Positions 63,900 through 64,000 of a stretch of 64,000 nucleotides of DNA are shown here, one piece after another (the stretch's first letter is position 1; each line of letters starts with the position of its first letter). A model generated the notes under the pieces. It ran no database searches, was not told the origin of the DNA, and saw only the letters and a program-made list of their open reading frames with translations. Position numbers and translations under genes: made by a program. This DNA comes from Lama glama (lineage: Eukaryota), in assembly GCA_028534125.1 (NCBI GenBank), contig CM052832.1, forward strand, positions 9,302,001-9,366,000, given 5' to 3'.

Positions 63900-64000
63900 T
63901 GGCCTGATCTGGCTCCCACCCCCTCCCTCTCTAACCTGCTACGCTAGACTTCTGGTTGTTCCTTAAATGCCCTGGAACAGTCCCACCTCAGGGCCTTTGC
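63900..64000 (+). mobile_element. L2 fragment running off the window end
   Basis: TGATCTGGCTCC...GTTCCTTAAATGCCC...CCCACCTCAGGGCCTTTGC. Confidence 0.6.

Overview
Mammalian genomic DNA, very probably camelid (camel/alpaca/llama): it carries six tRNA-Ala-derived SINEs of the Vic-1 type, and I recognised no Alu, B1, Bov-tA or PRE-1 SINEs. The window opens in a CpG-island promoter (~1-1850) with a probable first exon on the + strand ending at a strong donor (AAG|GTAAGG, 1108/1109). The remaining ~63 kb look like 5' intronic sequence of a large gene: old and young L1 fragments, L2, MIR, hAT DNA-transposon fossils, one MaLR solo LTR and microsatellites, separated by repeat-free blocks that look regulatory. 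I found no credible protein-coding exon; the only recognisable ORFs are L1 ORF2 remnants, and I cannot name the host gene. I see no evidence of a new multi-gene system. The most unusual signals are a 7-copy degenerate GAGTAAGTTTCCTG array just downstream of the first donor, a candidate alternative exon/promoter at ~10.6-11.6 kb, a compact hairpin block at ~24.7 kb, and a palindrome-flanked micro-inversion inside an ancient L1. Repeat family names come from recalled consensus sequences and most boundaries are approximate.
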